This document shows, piece by piece, positions 48,231 to 57,713 of a stretch of DNA of 64,000 nt (its first letter is position 1; every line of letters begins with the position of its first letter). Below the pieces are notes generated by a model. That model saw nothing but the letters and a program-made list of their open reading frames with translations, ran no database searches and was not told where the DNA came from. Source of the DNA: Escherichia phage PGN6866; the sequence record MT127620. One strand, written 5' to 3'. The position numbers and the translations under genes were made by a program.

Positions 48231-50261
48231 TTAACCTCTATTCAATGAACATTTAGGAGAATTACAATAAACTTGATTCATAGAACCAAGCGTACAACTT
48301 TCAGCATCGCGCCACGGAATCTGCTTAAAACACTCTGAGCAGTATCCGAGGGTTGACCACATGGCTTTGGTGAAGTCAGTGCTTCGGTTTCCGTCGAAGC
48401 TGACAACAGTTTTGCGGAGAGCTGTTCGTGATTCAGGAAACACACCTGCTTTCTCAGCAGGTTCCTCCTTTTTTGGCTTAGTTGAGATTGCAAAAATACT
48501 GTTGCTACGTTTCTCAACATAAGCATCAACAACATCCTCCAGAGTGATGCCTGTCTGTTTCGCTGAGGAAGGTAATACAGTCATACGACCAATCATATCT
48601 TCAGTTACACGTAAAGCAAATTCAGGACGACGGGCGTTTGTTGTATCTGTTGCTTTAATCCATACATAACCATCTTTGATCGTAGCATTAGACACTTTCT
48701 TCTTTACTTCTACAGCGCAGACTTTACAGATATCTTCACCACGAAGACGACTAAGTTCATCATCGAACTCATTCTCTGTTTTAACTTCACCGCAGATTTC
48801 ACAAACACCAATAGGAGTTTCCTCCTCTTCTTCCTCTTTAGGTTTAGTCAAACCTTCCAGACATTCAGGATGCCAATAGCACTGATATGCGAAGACTGCT
48901 TTAGGTGCATCCTTCCAATCAATGTGTTTGTCACAACCACCACAATCACCATGAGAGTGTGCTTCCCAGAATTTACGAGTGATAGTAACGCCATTCTTGT
49001 TGACGAAACTATCATTCATATCAAAAGGGATATCATCATCGAAGTCAGCAGTAGTTGACTCAGGCTCCTTTTTCTCCAGAGATGGGTCAACAAAACGACC
49101 TGCTGTGATCACTAAACGGACCATAGCATTGACTTCGGAGATGCAGGATACTGTCCCACGGTAAACGATCTTAGGGTCTTTCAGTGCGTCCTGATAAGCC
49201 TTAATATCTACGTTATGAACATCACCTTCGATGTACTCTTGAGACTTCTCATCGTAGATATAACCAATCATCTTACCACGAGAAGGAACAGCACCGGCAG
49301 TTGCATAAGGGACAAACTCATGCGGAGTGATTTCAACAGTCATATCACGACGGATATCAATGTTTCGATCGCTTGCGATTTTGTTTTGACTTACCACTGC
49401 GTTTCTTCGACGAACGTCTGCCGCTGTCACACCCGGCTTCGTGTCGTAAGGATTGCTTGTACTGCTTTTTGAGGAACTTTGATAGTTGCTTTGGCTGTAG
49501 TTGTTCGAGTAATAACTGCCCCAACGATTGGCTACCGTAAAAACCGGAAGCTCGTGGGCGACCTCTTCAACCAGAGTCATACTATTGTTTGACATATCAA
49601 AGATATATTCTGTACCAACTTTACATTCAAAATGCTCATCAATACGGTTCTTGTGAGATCTAGAACGCTTCAGAATCCACATCAACATATCTTCTTCAGA
49701 AGCACCAAACCAATCCCTGTTACAACGTGCGAGGTGGAATGGACGCTCTTCGTTACGGATGATATGAAGACGGTTATCAGAAGCATCATGCCAGATTAAG
49801 GTGAAAGCACCATCCAGCTTTTGAATAGTCTCTGCTGCACCAATAGTGTTAATAGAGTGGCAGATGTTCTCACTGTCTACCTCGAAGTTTTTGCTGTCAG
49901 GTAACAGATCTTGGTCCATCAAGGTTCCGTTATGAACCAGAGTGATGTTACCATGTTGGAAAGGATGGGCGTTCTTGGCGTTAACTGCACCTTTCGTTGC
50001 ATGACGACTGTGACCAACAATCCATGAAGGTGCTACAGTGTAAGCTGTTTCACCAGTGGTGTGCTTCTTGTACTCATCTTGTAGGATGAATGCGAAAGAA
50101 GGAAGAGCTTCTTTATAAGTGAAGACTTCCTTAGTGCTTTTACGCTGACCAAAGATACCGGAGGAGTGTTGTCCTCGGAATACTCCAGCATAAAAGAGTT
50201 GGTTGAATACGTCTAAATCAGTGCTTGACAGATTACCGCCAGCTAATACGATGCCACAAAT
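48231..50261 (-). CDS. Class II glutamine amidotransferase (Ntn-hydrolase) domain protein with C-terminal Zn-ribbon modules; apparent AUU start
   Basis: Frame upstream of track ORF reads (I)CGIVLAGG...RGQHSSGI...HSRHATKG...HNGTL; three CxxC...CxxC clusters C-terminally; only SD-preceded codon before the Cys is ATT at 50259-50261. Confidence 0.6.
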   Translation of the reverse strand: MCGIVLAGGNLSSTDLDVFNQLFYAGVFRGQHSSGIFGQRKSTKEVFTYKEALPSFAFILQDEYKKHTTGETAYTVAPSWIVGHSRHATKGAVNAKNAHPFQHGNITLVHNGTLMDQDLLPDSKNFEVDSENICHSINTIGAAETIQKLDGAFTLIWHDASDNRLHIIRNEERPFHLARCNRDWFGASEEDMLMWILKRSRSHKNRIDEHFECKVGTEYIFDMSNNSMTLVEEVAHELPVFTVANRWGSYYSNNYSQSNYQSSSKSSTSNPYDTKPGVTAADVRRRNAVVSQNKIASDRNIDIRRDMTVEITPHEFVPYATAGAVPSRGKMIGYIYDEKSQEYIEGDVHNVDIKAYQDALKDPKIVYRGTVSCISEVNAMVRLVITAGRFVDPSLEKKEPESTTADFDDDIPFDMNDSFVNKNGVTITRKFWEAHSHGDCGGCDKHIDWKDAPKAVFAYQCYWHPECLEGLTKPKEEEEEETPIGVCEICGEVKTENEFDDELSRLRGEDICKVCAVEVKKKVSNATIKDGYVWIKATDTTNARRPEFALRVTEDMIGRMTVLPSSAKQTGITLEDVVDAYVEKRSNSIFAISTKPKKEEPAEKAGVFPESRTALRKTVVSFDGNRSTDFTKAMWSTLGYCSECFKQIPWRDAESCTLGSMNQVYCNSPKCSLNRG

Positions 50262-50341
50262 TTTCTAATCCACCTGAAGGGTAAACCCTTTCATCTAATT
50301 AACCTTTAAATTGTGCCCCCTTTGTCAGAGGCACCCATTGA

Positions 50342-51445
50342 TTACAGCGCTTGTTCTAACTGATTTTCCAGATGGTCTGGAATGTACCCTGTGATATTGC
50401 TATCACTGTGACCTGACTCACGTAGTAAGTCAAAAATAGCACGGATACGTTGTTCTGGAGCGTGTCTTACTTGAGATAGGTCTGCTGTACGAAGCATAAC
50501 CAAAATCTCTTGATACAAGTTGTTAGCGTTCCCTCGGACATAACCAAGGAATCCATAGAAGTCTGACATAAGACGTAAGTCAACAAGAACATCTCCGTTG
50601 GAGTTGGTTCGACGTAAACGAATACGACCAGACTGTTCTACTTCATGAGAACGGCAATACAAAACATCACGGGCCATACAATATCCTGAATGCAAATCAG
50701 ATTCATCCAGATTGTAATCCAGAGGAAGGTAAGGAAGCATTGGGGCAAATCGTACAGTATTTAAGTGCTCAATAAACTGATCATTGCTCATATCTGCGTT
50801 ATCTAAAGCCAGCTTCTTCAACATCAAGAAGCGGTTAACCAGATTGAGAAGTTGACCACGTTTCCACTTAGGCTCACTGATACGGAACTCAATTGAACCG
50901 TATTGGGCAAGTGGCAGAAGGTTCAGAGATGTATATTTATCCCATGAACGAACCAGACGGTTGAAGAATTCTTCACCATCGTAGTTAAATGCGTCAGAGG
51001 CATTCATTACCTGTGCTTGTACCACTGCAAACGCAGGACAGAAATTGCTACGGTAACGATGGTAGCCTGAACACTTGAACAACATCTTTTCATAGAAGGT
51101 CCAAGCAAGGATGGTCTTCTTGAGGATATTACTATCAGCATCCCTCATATCCATATGAACGTGAGTAGAGCAACGCCAAGTCCCCTCGGCGTGCGATTCA
51201 GCTACTGCTTCACTCAGGTTGTTGATAGCGTCTAACAACTCCTGTCCGTTGTAAGGTCGTGAACATACCATTTCACAACCGTTACGCAGGGAACCATCCT
51301 CTGTGCAATCCCACATATCTGCTTCGATATGTTCAGAACCTTCGAGTTCAAGTTCAATACCGACACCGCACTGAAGTGCAATTGAACTATGCGCCTCAGT
51401 TAAACGACCTTCTCGATATCCAAAAGTTTGCGCTACAGTTGTCAT
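50342..51445 (-). CDS. GS-fold amidoligase (glutamate-cysteine-ligase-like)
   Basis: GVGIELELEG and CSTHVHMD motifs. Confidence 0.6.
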   Translation of the reverse strand: MTTVAQTFGYREGRLTEAHSSIALQCGVGIELELEGSEHIEADMWDCTEDGSLRNGCEMVCSRPYNGQELLDAINNLSEAVAESHAEGTWRCSTHVHMDMRDADSNILKKTILAWTFYEKMLFKCSGYHRYRSNFCPAFAVVQAQVMNASDAFNYDGEEFFNRLVRSWDKYTSLNLLPLAQYGSIEFRISEPKWKRGQLLNLVNRFLMLKKLALDNADMSNDQFIEHLNTVRFAPMLPYLPLDYNLDESDLHSGYCMARDVLYCRSHEVEQSGRIRLRRTNSNGDVLVDLRLMSDFYGFLGYVRGNANNLYQEILVMLRTADLSQVRHAPEQRIRAIFDLLRESGHSDSNITGYIPDHLENQLEQAL

Positions 51446-52059
51446 AACGAATCCACCAACGTAATATTATAATTGCTAAGGTTTTCAGAGATGTGATGAA
51501 AATGTTCCAGAAGTCGCATCGGTTGTTGACCGTAAGAGTCACGAGGCGCTTCCAGATCTACCTGACCTACCAGTGCACCTTTATAATGCACTTTACCATC
51601 TGTAGGATTGATGTAAATATAACGAGTAACCAATCCATCAAATTCAGGATTGAACAGACTGTAAACCATTTCACCAGAGATTGAACGACCAATCCCCGGA
51701 GCGTTTCGAATCTTGTTACCCATCAAACCCTTCGCTCTCTGACGAACAGGATTGATATGAGTCCAGCTTACAGTGTTACCGTTATGGAACAGATAACCAA
51801 CATCAGGTGATTCGAGAATCAAGGTTGGGTCGAACACTGGAATATTCATCGTAGTGTTTCGGAGATTCCCATGCTCGTTCTTGTACCACTGCTCTACAAC
51901 AAAATACAGAGCCTGTTCTGCTTCATGCGAGAAGTCATCGCTGCGGAAGTTACCGCTCTGCTCAACACCAATCACAAAACACGGAAGGTTGATATTGCCT
52001 GCTCGTTTAGCAATCCATGTACCATTATAGTAATGAGAAAAATCAGCTACTAAGCTCAC
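51442..52059 (-). CDS. Hypothetical protein in ligase cluster (205 aa)
   Basis: ORF overlapping amidoligase start by 4 nt. Confidence 0.55.
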   Translation of the reverse strand: MSLVADFSHYYNGTWIAKRAGNINLPCFVIGVEQSGNFRSDDFSHEAEQALYFVVEQWYKNEHGNLRNTTMNIPVFDPTLILESPDVGYLFHNGNTVSWTHINPVRQRAKGLMGNKIRNAPGIGRSISGEMVYSLFNPEFDGLVTRYIYINPTDGKVHYKGALVGQVDLEAPRDSYGQQPMRLLEHFHHISENLSNYNITLVDSL

Positions 52060-52068
52060 GATAACCTC

Positions 52069-52875
52069 TTATGCTACCTGAAGGAGTTTGATCTGCTGGT
52101 CAGCTTCTTTAACGTTGTTCCCGTTAATGATTTCATGAAGCTTCTCAATCGGAAGGCGAGAGTGCAATGCCATCAGAGTGGACATATCACACTGCTGAAC
52201 AACCTTGTCAACCTGATCGTAAACAAACTTACGGTTTTCACGATCACTAATCCAGAAGTTAGACAGAGAACGGTATTCAATACCATAGTCTTTATAACGG
52301 ATTGCAGATGCTTTACCGTAGAGTTCTTTACGGCGAGTATCTTTGTCCATAATTACTGCTGGGAGAGACAGGAAGTAGTCACACAGCACACCCAGCATCA
52401 TCTGAGTTTGCAGAGTGATATCCAAAGCACCAACTACGCCAAGATGTACGTGACCACCGGCAGTACGAAGTCCCTTATTCTGAGAAGTCGGGGACGGGTT
52501 TTTCTGACCAGTGAAGGCGTTGAAATCAGGAGTGCACCCGAAGATGAACGCTGATTCATTAAAGGTCTTCATCTCTTCTTCAGTGAAGATGTGAGAGCTA
52601 ACACCCGGAGCTGTTTCCATGTCCAGCTTGTTCAGGACATTATTGGTGAGATCAATACCACGTTGCATGTTATCGTTAAACGCTTCAAAACCGCTCTGTG
52701 GGTCAATATCAAACTCAGCCAGTACGTTGTCCTCTTGGAGACGAACATCCTTAGCCAGAGCGATCTTATCGTCCTTAGAGCAGCCTAATAAACCGGCTAC
52801 AGAAGTGATGATACCACTGCTAGTACGAACAAACATTTCAGGGTCAGAGCCGATAAGGAATTTGCGCTTAGTCAT
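52069..52875 (-). CDS. Hypothetical protein, possibly a second amidoligase-like enzyme
   Basis: LIGSDPEMF and TAGGHVHLGV resemble divergent E-x-E / HxH motifs; weak. Confidence 0.5.
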   Translation of the reverse strand: MTKRKFLIGSDPEMFVRTSSGIITSVAGLLGCSKDDKIALAKDVRLQEDNVLAEFDIDPQSGFEAFNDNMQRGIDLTNNVLNKLDMETAPGVSSHIFTEEEMKTFNESAFIFGCTPDFNAFTGQKNPSPTSQNKGLRTAGGHVHLGVVGALDITLQTQMMLGVLCDYFLSLPAVIMDKDTRRKELYGKASAIRYKDYGIEYRSLSNFWISDRENRKFVYDQVDKVVQQCDMSTLMALHSRLPIEKLHEIINGNNVKEADQQIKLLQVA

Positions 52876-53839
52876 TGTAATACTCCACTAGTTCAGAAAA
52901 GAGAGATGAGATTGTGTTACCAACTTCTTCAAGAGTAAGACCGGAATCTGCTCCAGTTCTTTGAATCAGTCGGGCTGTAAAGTTTTGTACTGTAATGTTT
53001 CCCAACTTGTCGTCTATTGCTTCACGTTTGTGACCATAACAGTTGGACCAGAGTCTTAACCACTCTGACATTGTTTCATACTCGTCCGGGTCTTGATCTT
53101 TAGCACGAGCAAATCTTCGTAAGGCATCTTGGTTATGGTTACGAACATAACCATTCTCGTTGTCGCCAACACCGAAGGGGTTTTGAACCCATACTTGCTT
53201 CGTGTATTCATCAGAGTCTACAACCAAAGGAAGGAATGCTGCTGCTGACATATTGTTGTTAATAACAATAGAGGTGCTCTCGCTACTACCATTGGCTCTT
53301 CCTCGTTGAGACCATCCACCGAAGAAGTCACGACCCAACCCAGCTAACACTAGAGCGATGCCGATGCGTTTACGCTTCAGCCACTCTTCCCTGTCTTCAA
53401 TTCCTTCTGCTAGGAAATCCATTCCACGATATTGCCCTTCCAGAATACTACGGAAGAGCATAAGTCCTGTGAAGATCTGATCTGCTGGATGCTCACGAAG
53501 ATTGACAGCAACACTGTTCGCTGAAGTGATAGTAAATACATCACGATAGCAAGACATAGAATTCATAATGTCTGCTGTTTCAATCAAGTTCTTTTCAATA
53601 TCAGATGGAACATGACCATGAAAAGAGTGGGTCCAGTAATTCAACATCTCCAATTGCAAGTTAATGTCACGGTTGAAGCGTTTATGGCGCCCATCTTCCA
53701 TTACACATTCGTCATTAACATCATATACGACTTGACCTTGCATGTAGTTGTGGATACCGAAGCACCCACGACCTAAGAACTTCTGTTCCCCTAAATCCTG
53801 TTGAAGATTAAGAGGTACGATCGTTGTGGAGATTGACAT
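52868..53839 (-). CDS. Hypothetical protein in ligase cluster (323 aa)
   Basis: ORF. Confidence 0.55.
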   Translation of the reverse strand: MSISTTIVPLNLQQDLGEQKFLGRGCFGIHNYMQGQVVYDVNDECVMEDGRHKRFNRDINLQLEMLNYWTHSFHGHVPSDIEKNLIETADIMNSMSCYRDVFTITSANSVAVNLREHPADQIFTGLMLFRSILEGQYRGMDFLAEGIEDREEWLKRKRIGIALVLAGLGRDFFGGWSQRGRANGSSESTSIVINNNMSAAAFLPLVVDSDEYTKQVWVQNPFGVGDNENGYVRNHNQDALRRFARAKDQDPDEYETMSEWLRLWSNCYGHKREAIDDKLGNITVQNFTARLIQRTGADSGLTLEEVGNTISSLFSELVEYYND

Positions 53840-53849
53840 AACTAACCTT

Positions 53850-55049
53850 TTATTTTCCTAAAAATAATCCGCTCATAACACCATCCCACTCAGAGGATGG
53901 AATCACTGAATACTCCGAACTTTGGTCCAGAGTTCCACTACTAAATCGCTGAATAATGTTGTAGATGTTGAACAGGTCTTTAGCCTCGGCACGAATGCCG
54001 TAGATTAACCTGTTAGCTGTTCTCTCATTTTTAGACACGCGACGGGTAAAGTTAACCAAAAGATTATCACCTTTAAGTATCTCTGACCCATCTTTTACTA
54101 GATCGGGGTGCATCACTGGCAAGAACATTGAGTTGTTAACTCGTAATTCTGCTGTTTCATCATTCTCGTAATGAATCCACTTAAAATCTTCATCACGAAA
54201 GTGACCGCATCCATCTCTGTATGACTGTTGGCGCCAAGGCACTTGAAATGCTTCAGCGTATTTATCAGCCATGCCAACCGTAAATAGTGACGCTGGGAAA
54301 ATACAAGCATCCCAATCATTACCAACCAGAGTTGCTTTCGTTTCACCCAAGAGGTTAGTGTAAGTGCTAACCATTCGTGAGTAAACGTAAGCCTGAAGAA
54401 TTGTCCAGCCTTCAACCAACCATTTGTGGAGGAAGGTTTCAACTTGACTCTCTTCATCTTCACAATAGAAGGTTCGGTCTAACATCAAATAGAACAGACA
54501 ACGATCAGCAGGGATGTTCTCAGTTGCTACCCCCATAAAACCTTTATCGTGCCAGCGTAAACAGGAGGGACGATCTTTGTCCACAAATGCTTCCATAGCT
54601 TCCAGTACAGCACGAGGTGTGGTTTGATGTTCAGGGTTTTTGTCGTTCCAACGATCAATGTTATTCTTAGGAGGTGTGTCTTCGTCTTCATACGAACACC
54701 AACTTAAAGCTTCAGCTACATGCTTTTCATCACGCCAACGTCTAAAACCTAACATCTTCATATGAGTTCCAGAGTTCCAGATATGCTTGATTTTACACAT
54801 ATCCATCTCTCGGCTTAACCGGAACTCTTCTCCATCAGCACTACGAACGTTAGCTTCTTCATGCCACACTCGAACGTGCATATTCCACCCATGAGTTGCC
54901 TCATAAGTGTTAGGTTCAAAATATTCATCATACTCTTCATCGTCTTCATCAACGCCACCATTATAGTTGCGAAGCTGAAGGAACCCATAACAAGGAGGGT
55001 TGACTGTTAAAACATTACCTTCAGTATCTTCTAATGTTACTGGAAACAT
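53850..55049 (-). CDS. Hypothetical protein in ligase cluster (399 aa)
   Basis: ORF. Confidence 0.55.
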   Translation of the reverse strand: MFPVTLEDTEGNVLTVNPPCYGFLQLRNYNGGVDEDDEEYDEYFEPNTYEATHGWNMHVRVWHEEANVRSADGEEFRLSREMDMCKIKHIWNSGTHMKMLGFRRWRDEKHVAEALSWCSYEDEDTPPKNNIDRWNDKNPEHQTTPRAVLEAMEAFVDKDRPSCLRWHDKGFMGVATENIPADRCLFYLMLDRTFYCEDEESQVETFLHKWLVEGWTILQAYVYSRMVSTYTNLLGETKATLVGNDWDACIFPASLFTVGMADKYAEAFQVPWRQQSYRDGCGHFRDEDFKWIHYENDETAELRVNNSMFLPVMHPDLVKDGSEILKGDNLLVNFTRRVSKNERTANRLIYGIRAEAKDLFNIYNIIQRFSSGTLDQSSEYSVIPSSEWDGVMSGLFLGK

Positions 55050-55060
55050 TATACCAACCT

Positions 55061-55423
55061 CTATTGGTTTTTAATCAACTCGATCGACTTACGAATATAA
55101 AGAATATCTCGGAAGTTTCGATAGTTGTTCATAAATTGGTGCTTCTGGAAAGTAGCTTCTTCCAGAGCTTTCTTTGCTTCTGCGTAGCTTTTACGGGCAA
55201 GATGTACAACCCGCTCTGGTAGCATGTTTGCACGACGGATGATATACTTGTGAGCTTTCATGTTGCTTTGCTCACGAGCAATCTTACCTTTAGCAACTTT
55301 GATACCATTTGCAATCCAAGCAAGTTCTTGCTCAAGTTCATCGTTGGACATTCCACCGAGATTTGATGCAACCTTGTTCAGAGTTTCAATATTAACGTTG
55401 CCCTTGATGGGACGTGTATTCAT
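55061..55423 (-). CDS. Hypothetical helical protein (120 aa)
   Basis: ORF. Confidence 0.5.
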   Translation of the reverse strand: MNTRPIKGNVNIETLNKVASNLGGMSNDELEQELAWIANGIKVAKGKIAREQSNMKAHKYIIRRANMLPERVVHLARKSYAEAKKALEEATFQKHQFMNNYRNFRDILYIRKSIELIKNQ

Positions 55424-55425
55424 AC

Positions 55426-55578
55426 TTACTCCTGTTGTTTACACTCGTCAATAACCCACTGATAAGTGGATTGCCCAGAAAAGAAACACTGAATAAATCC
55501 AGATGTTCTCTGCGTTACCAGTGCTAGTGCACAAATCACTACCGCTGCTGCTAGCAGTTTTAAATCTAATTTAGACAT
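55426..55578 (-). CDS. Small protein with N-terminal signal/TM segment (50 aa)
   Basis: Hand-translated; RBS gagga. Confidence 0.35.
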   Translation of the reverse strand: MSKLDLKLLAAAVVICALALVTQRTSGFIQCFFSGQSTYQWVIDECKQQE

Positions 55579-55596
55579 ATTTCCTCTCTTTGAATT

Positions 55597-55622
55597 TAAA
55601 AAAGGACTCTCCGAAAAGAGTC
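55597..55622 (-). terminator. Terminator-like hairpin (gacucu-uuucgg-agaguc + U-run on minus strand)
   Basis: 6-bp stem followed by cuuuuuu. Confidence 0.45.
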
Positions 55623-55685
55623 AAGCTTTAAATACAAAAAGATATTACCCAATATCTGTGGATAACCTGCTCTTAAAATATCTAT

Positions 55686-55799
55686 CCGACGGATGTTCGA
55701 GGAATGTTCCTCTCCCTAGCATCGGCCCCATACGGGAAATATATTAAGATTAGGTTAGTTGAGTCAGAATAACTCACATAGCCCTCCGAAGAAGGCTAT
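55686..55799 (-). repeat. Conserved composite intergenic element, copy A
   Basis: Shares GGATGTTCGAG...CTCTCCCTAGC and CTCACATAGCCCT-hairpin blocks, same spacing, with copy at 61574-61678. Confidence 0.6.
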
Positions 55800-55813
55800 A
55801 GGCGTTACTACAA

Positions 55814-56029
55814 CTAAAAATCACTTGATTTTACAAAATCATCACTAAGGATTTCGTCAATTTCTTTGTTAGTCAAGTCTTTCCTGAACCAACAACAAGG
55901 TACATCCACCCATTGACCAGAGTTGTTTTCTACAGAGCATCTATTGCCTGTCTTACTCTTGCACTTATAGGTTTTACCTTTGTCTAGACGGTAGTGTATT
56001 CTGTAAACGATCGACACAAGTGTTATCAT
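55814..56029 (-). CDS. Small Cys-containing hypothetical protein
   Basis: ORF. Confidence 0.5.
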   Translation of the reverse strand: MITLVSIVYRIHYRLDKGKTYKCKSKTGNRCSVENNSGQWVDVPCCWFRKDLTNKEIDEILSDDFVKSSDF

Positions 56030-56496
56030 TACTCTACCTTAACAGAAGGACAATACTTCTCTTTCTTGCTGCGGTACATAACAACAATCCAGTTTGAATC
56101 ACGACGCTCTTTCTTACGTCGTTTCTTTTCAGCACGAGTTTCATATGTGCTAGTTCGGTGGTCACGGTATATTCCACGAAGTTCATAAAATGCCCAACCA
56201 CCACCAAACACTACACCAGCCAAAGCAGCCAAAGATAAGGCACCAAGAGCAGGGGCAGTGAACCATGTCCACCAACTGAATGACAAAATATTTTCATGTC
56301 CGAGGAAAGTCCCGCCAATCATGGATAATGCTGCATACACGGTAAATAAAAGTACAGATAGTAAAACAAAATGCAGAACTGTTCTCCAGAAGTATTCACA
56401 AAAGTTGGTCATATTGTCCCAATGAGAGTTTGGTAAACTTGACATGGTTTTGTTGAATCTGTGCAACCAGCCGTTCTTGTTAATCTTGATCATCAT
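56029..56496 (-). CDS. Membrane protein (3-4 TM helices, basic C-terminal tail)
   Basis: Hydrophobic segments plus KKRRKKERR tail. Confidence 0.55.
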   Translation of the reverse strand: MMIKINKNGWLHRFNKTMSSLPNSHWDNMTNFCEYFWRTVLHFVLLSVLLFTVYAALSMIGGTFLGHENILSFSWWTWFTAPALGALSLAALAGVVFGGGWAFYELRGIYRDHRTSTYETRAEKKRRKKERRDSNWIVVMYRSKKEKYCPSVKVE

Positions 56497-56726
56497 TCGC
56501 CTTTCTTAGCACGATCTTTGGCAGTTTTGCCAGTGCGGATGCGATGAGAAACGTTAACCAGAGTGCCACCATCAACTACAGTAACGCTCTTATTTTTAGC
56601 CAGATCAAACACAGTCTTCTCTGTGCCGCCCAAGCGAATTTGCTTAGGTTCGCTGAAGGTTTGGGTTGATTTAGATTGGAACTGAAACGGTTGACGGATC
56701 GCATCAATTGCACTTACTTTAGACAT
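56493..56726 (-). CDS. Small hypothetical protein
   Basis: ORF; 5' UTR has gcgtag(a)ggg-aatt-ccctacgc hairpin. Confidence 0.5.
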   Translation of the reverse strand: MSKVSAIDAIRQPFQFQSKSTQTFSEPKQIRLGGTEKTVFDLAKNKSVTVVDGGTLVNVSHRIRTGKTAKDRAKKGE

Positions 56727-56957
56727 AGTGGAAATTCCTTAAAAAGTTATGGCTGCGTAGAGGGAATTCCCTACGCAAATTGGGCCGCCTAAAAAGAGGC
56801 GTCATAGTACTAAAAGGAGGAGAGAAGAGAGCCTATTTAGCTACTTTTTTCTGTCCGTTTACGAACCAGATAATTGAACCGTCAGGCTGTCGTTGACCGA
56901 AGCCTTTCTGGTTAATCATATCGTCATAAGAATATGCTTTACGTCTCATTTGTTTTC

Positions 56958-57212
56958 CTACGAAGTTAAGATGATTTCAGCCTTAATAAACTTCTCACCA
57001 ACAACCATATCACCAGAGATGACACGTAGTTCTCCAGTGCCTAGGTTAACAGCTCCAGCAGGTTGACAACCCCTGCTTTTAGCTGTCATCATATAAACCT
57101 TTTGATTTTGGCACTCTTGGAGAGTGAACACATCTGACATATTTAGATCTCTGACGCGGAGGATTTTTTCCTCTTTGTCTTTAACTTTAATGTTAATAAT
57201 GCTCATATGCAC
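56958..57212 (-). CDS. Small protein, member of 8-copy paralogous family
   Basis: Shared pattern L..L..G.VF ... VNL.TG ... V. Confidence 0.5.
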   Translation of the reverse strand: MHMSIINIKVKDKEEKILRVRDLNMSDVFTLQECQNQKVYMMTAKSRGCQPAGAVNLGTGELRVISGDMVVGEKFIKAEIILTS

Positions 57213-57457
57213 TACTCCTGAACCACTGACATACGAATCATTTCTACCTGATCATCAAGACCTTTAACAGATAACACACCTGTGGAAAGGTTTACCACAG
57301 GAACCCAACCACTGGCTATACGGATGTTACCAGAAGCATTTTCAACCCTCATGTAATACTGAGGAGAGGCACTTCCGTTCTGAACCACGAAAGGGTTTCC
57401 GGGAATGATTGTTTCCAATCGTACCGTATTATCCTTTTTCTTTGGGATGATTTTCAT
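57212..57457 (-). CDS. Small protein, paralogous family member
   Basis: Same family pattern. Confidence 0.5.
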   Translation of the reverse strand: MKIIPKKKDNTVRLETIIPGNPFVVQNGSASPQYYMRVENASGNIRIASGWVPVVNLSTGVLSVKGLDDQVEMIRMSVVQE

Positions 57458-57705
57458 TGCGTATTATCCACCAAAAGTTCTGCTGATACAGGAACAACCT
57501 GACAACGACCAAGAGGGGCTGAAACAACCCCATCACCTAGCCGGAGAGTAGGTATCCGGTTATCTGGGATTTTGATGTTAGGACTTAAGGTAACAATCCC
57601 TTTCACATAAAGATCTTCATTGTGTGGGAATTTAAACACAGAACCATTAGCTAGAGAGCTTAGCTCTACTGCTTCTACTTCCTCTTTCTTATATGTGATT
57701 TTCAT
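57454..57705 (-). CDS. Small protein, paralogous family member
   Basis: Same family pattern. Confidence 0.5.
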   Translation of the reverse strand: MKITYKKEEVEAVELSSLANGSVFKFPHNEDLYVKGIVTLSPNIKIPDNRIPTLRLGDGVVSAPLGRCQVVPVSAELLVDNTQ

Positions 57706-57713
57706 ATTGATTC

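Noticed and set aside
52135-52891. Plus-strand ORFs 52135-52554, 52591-52788 and 52619-52891
   Set aside because: Antisense to the ligase-cluster genes; no independent support.
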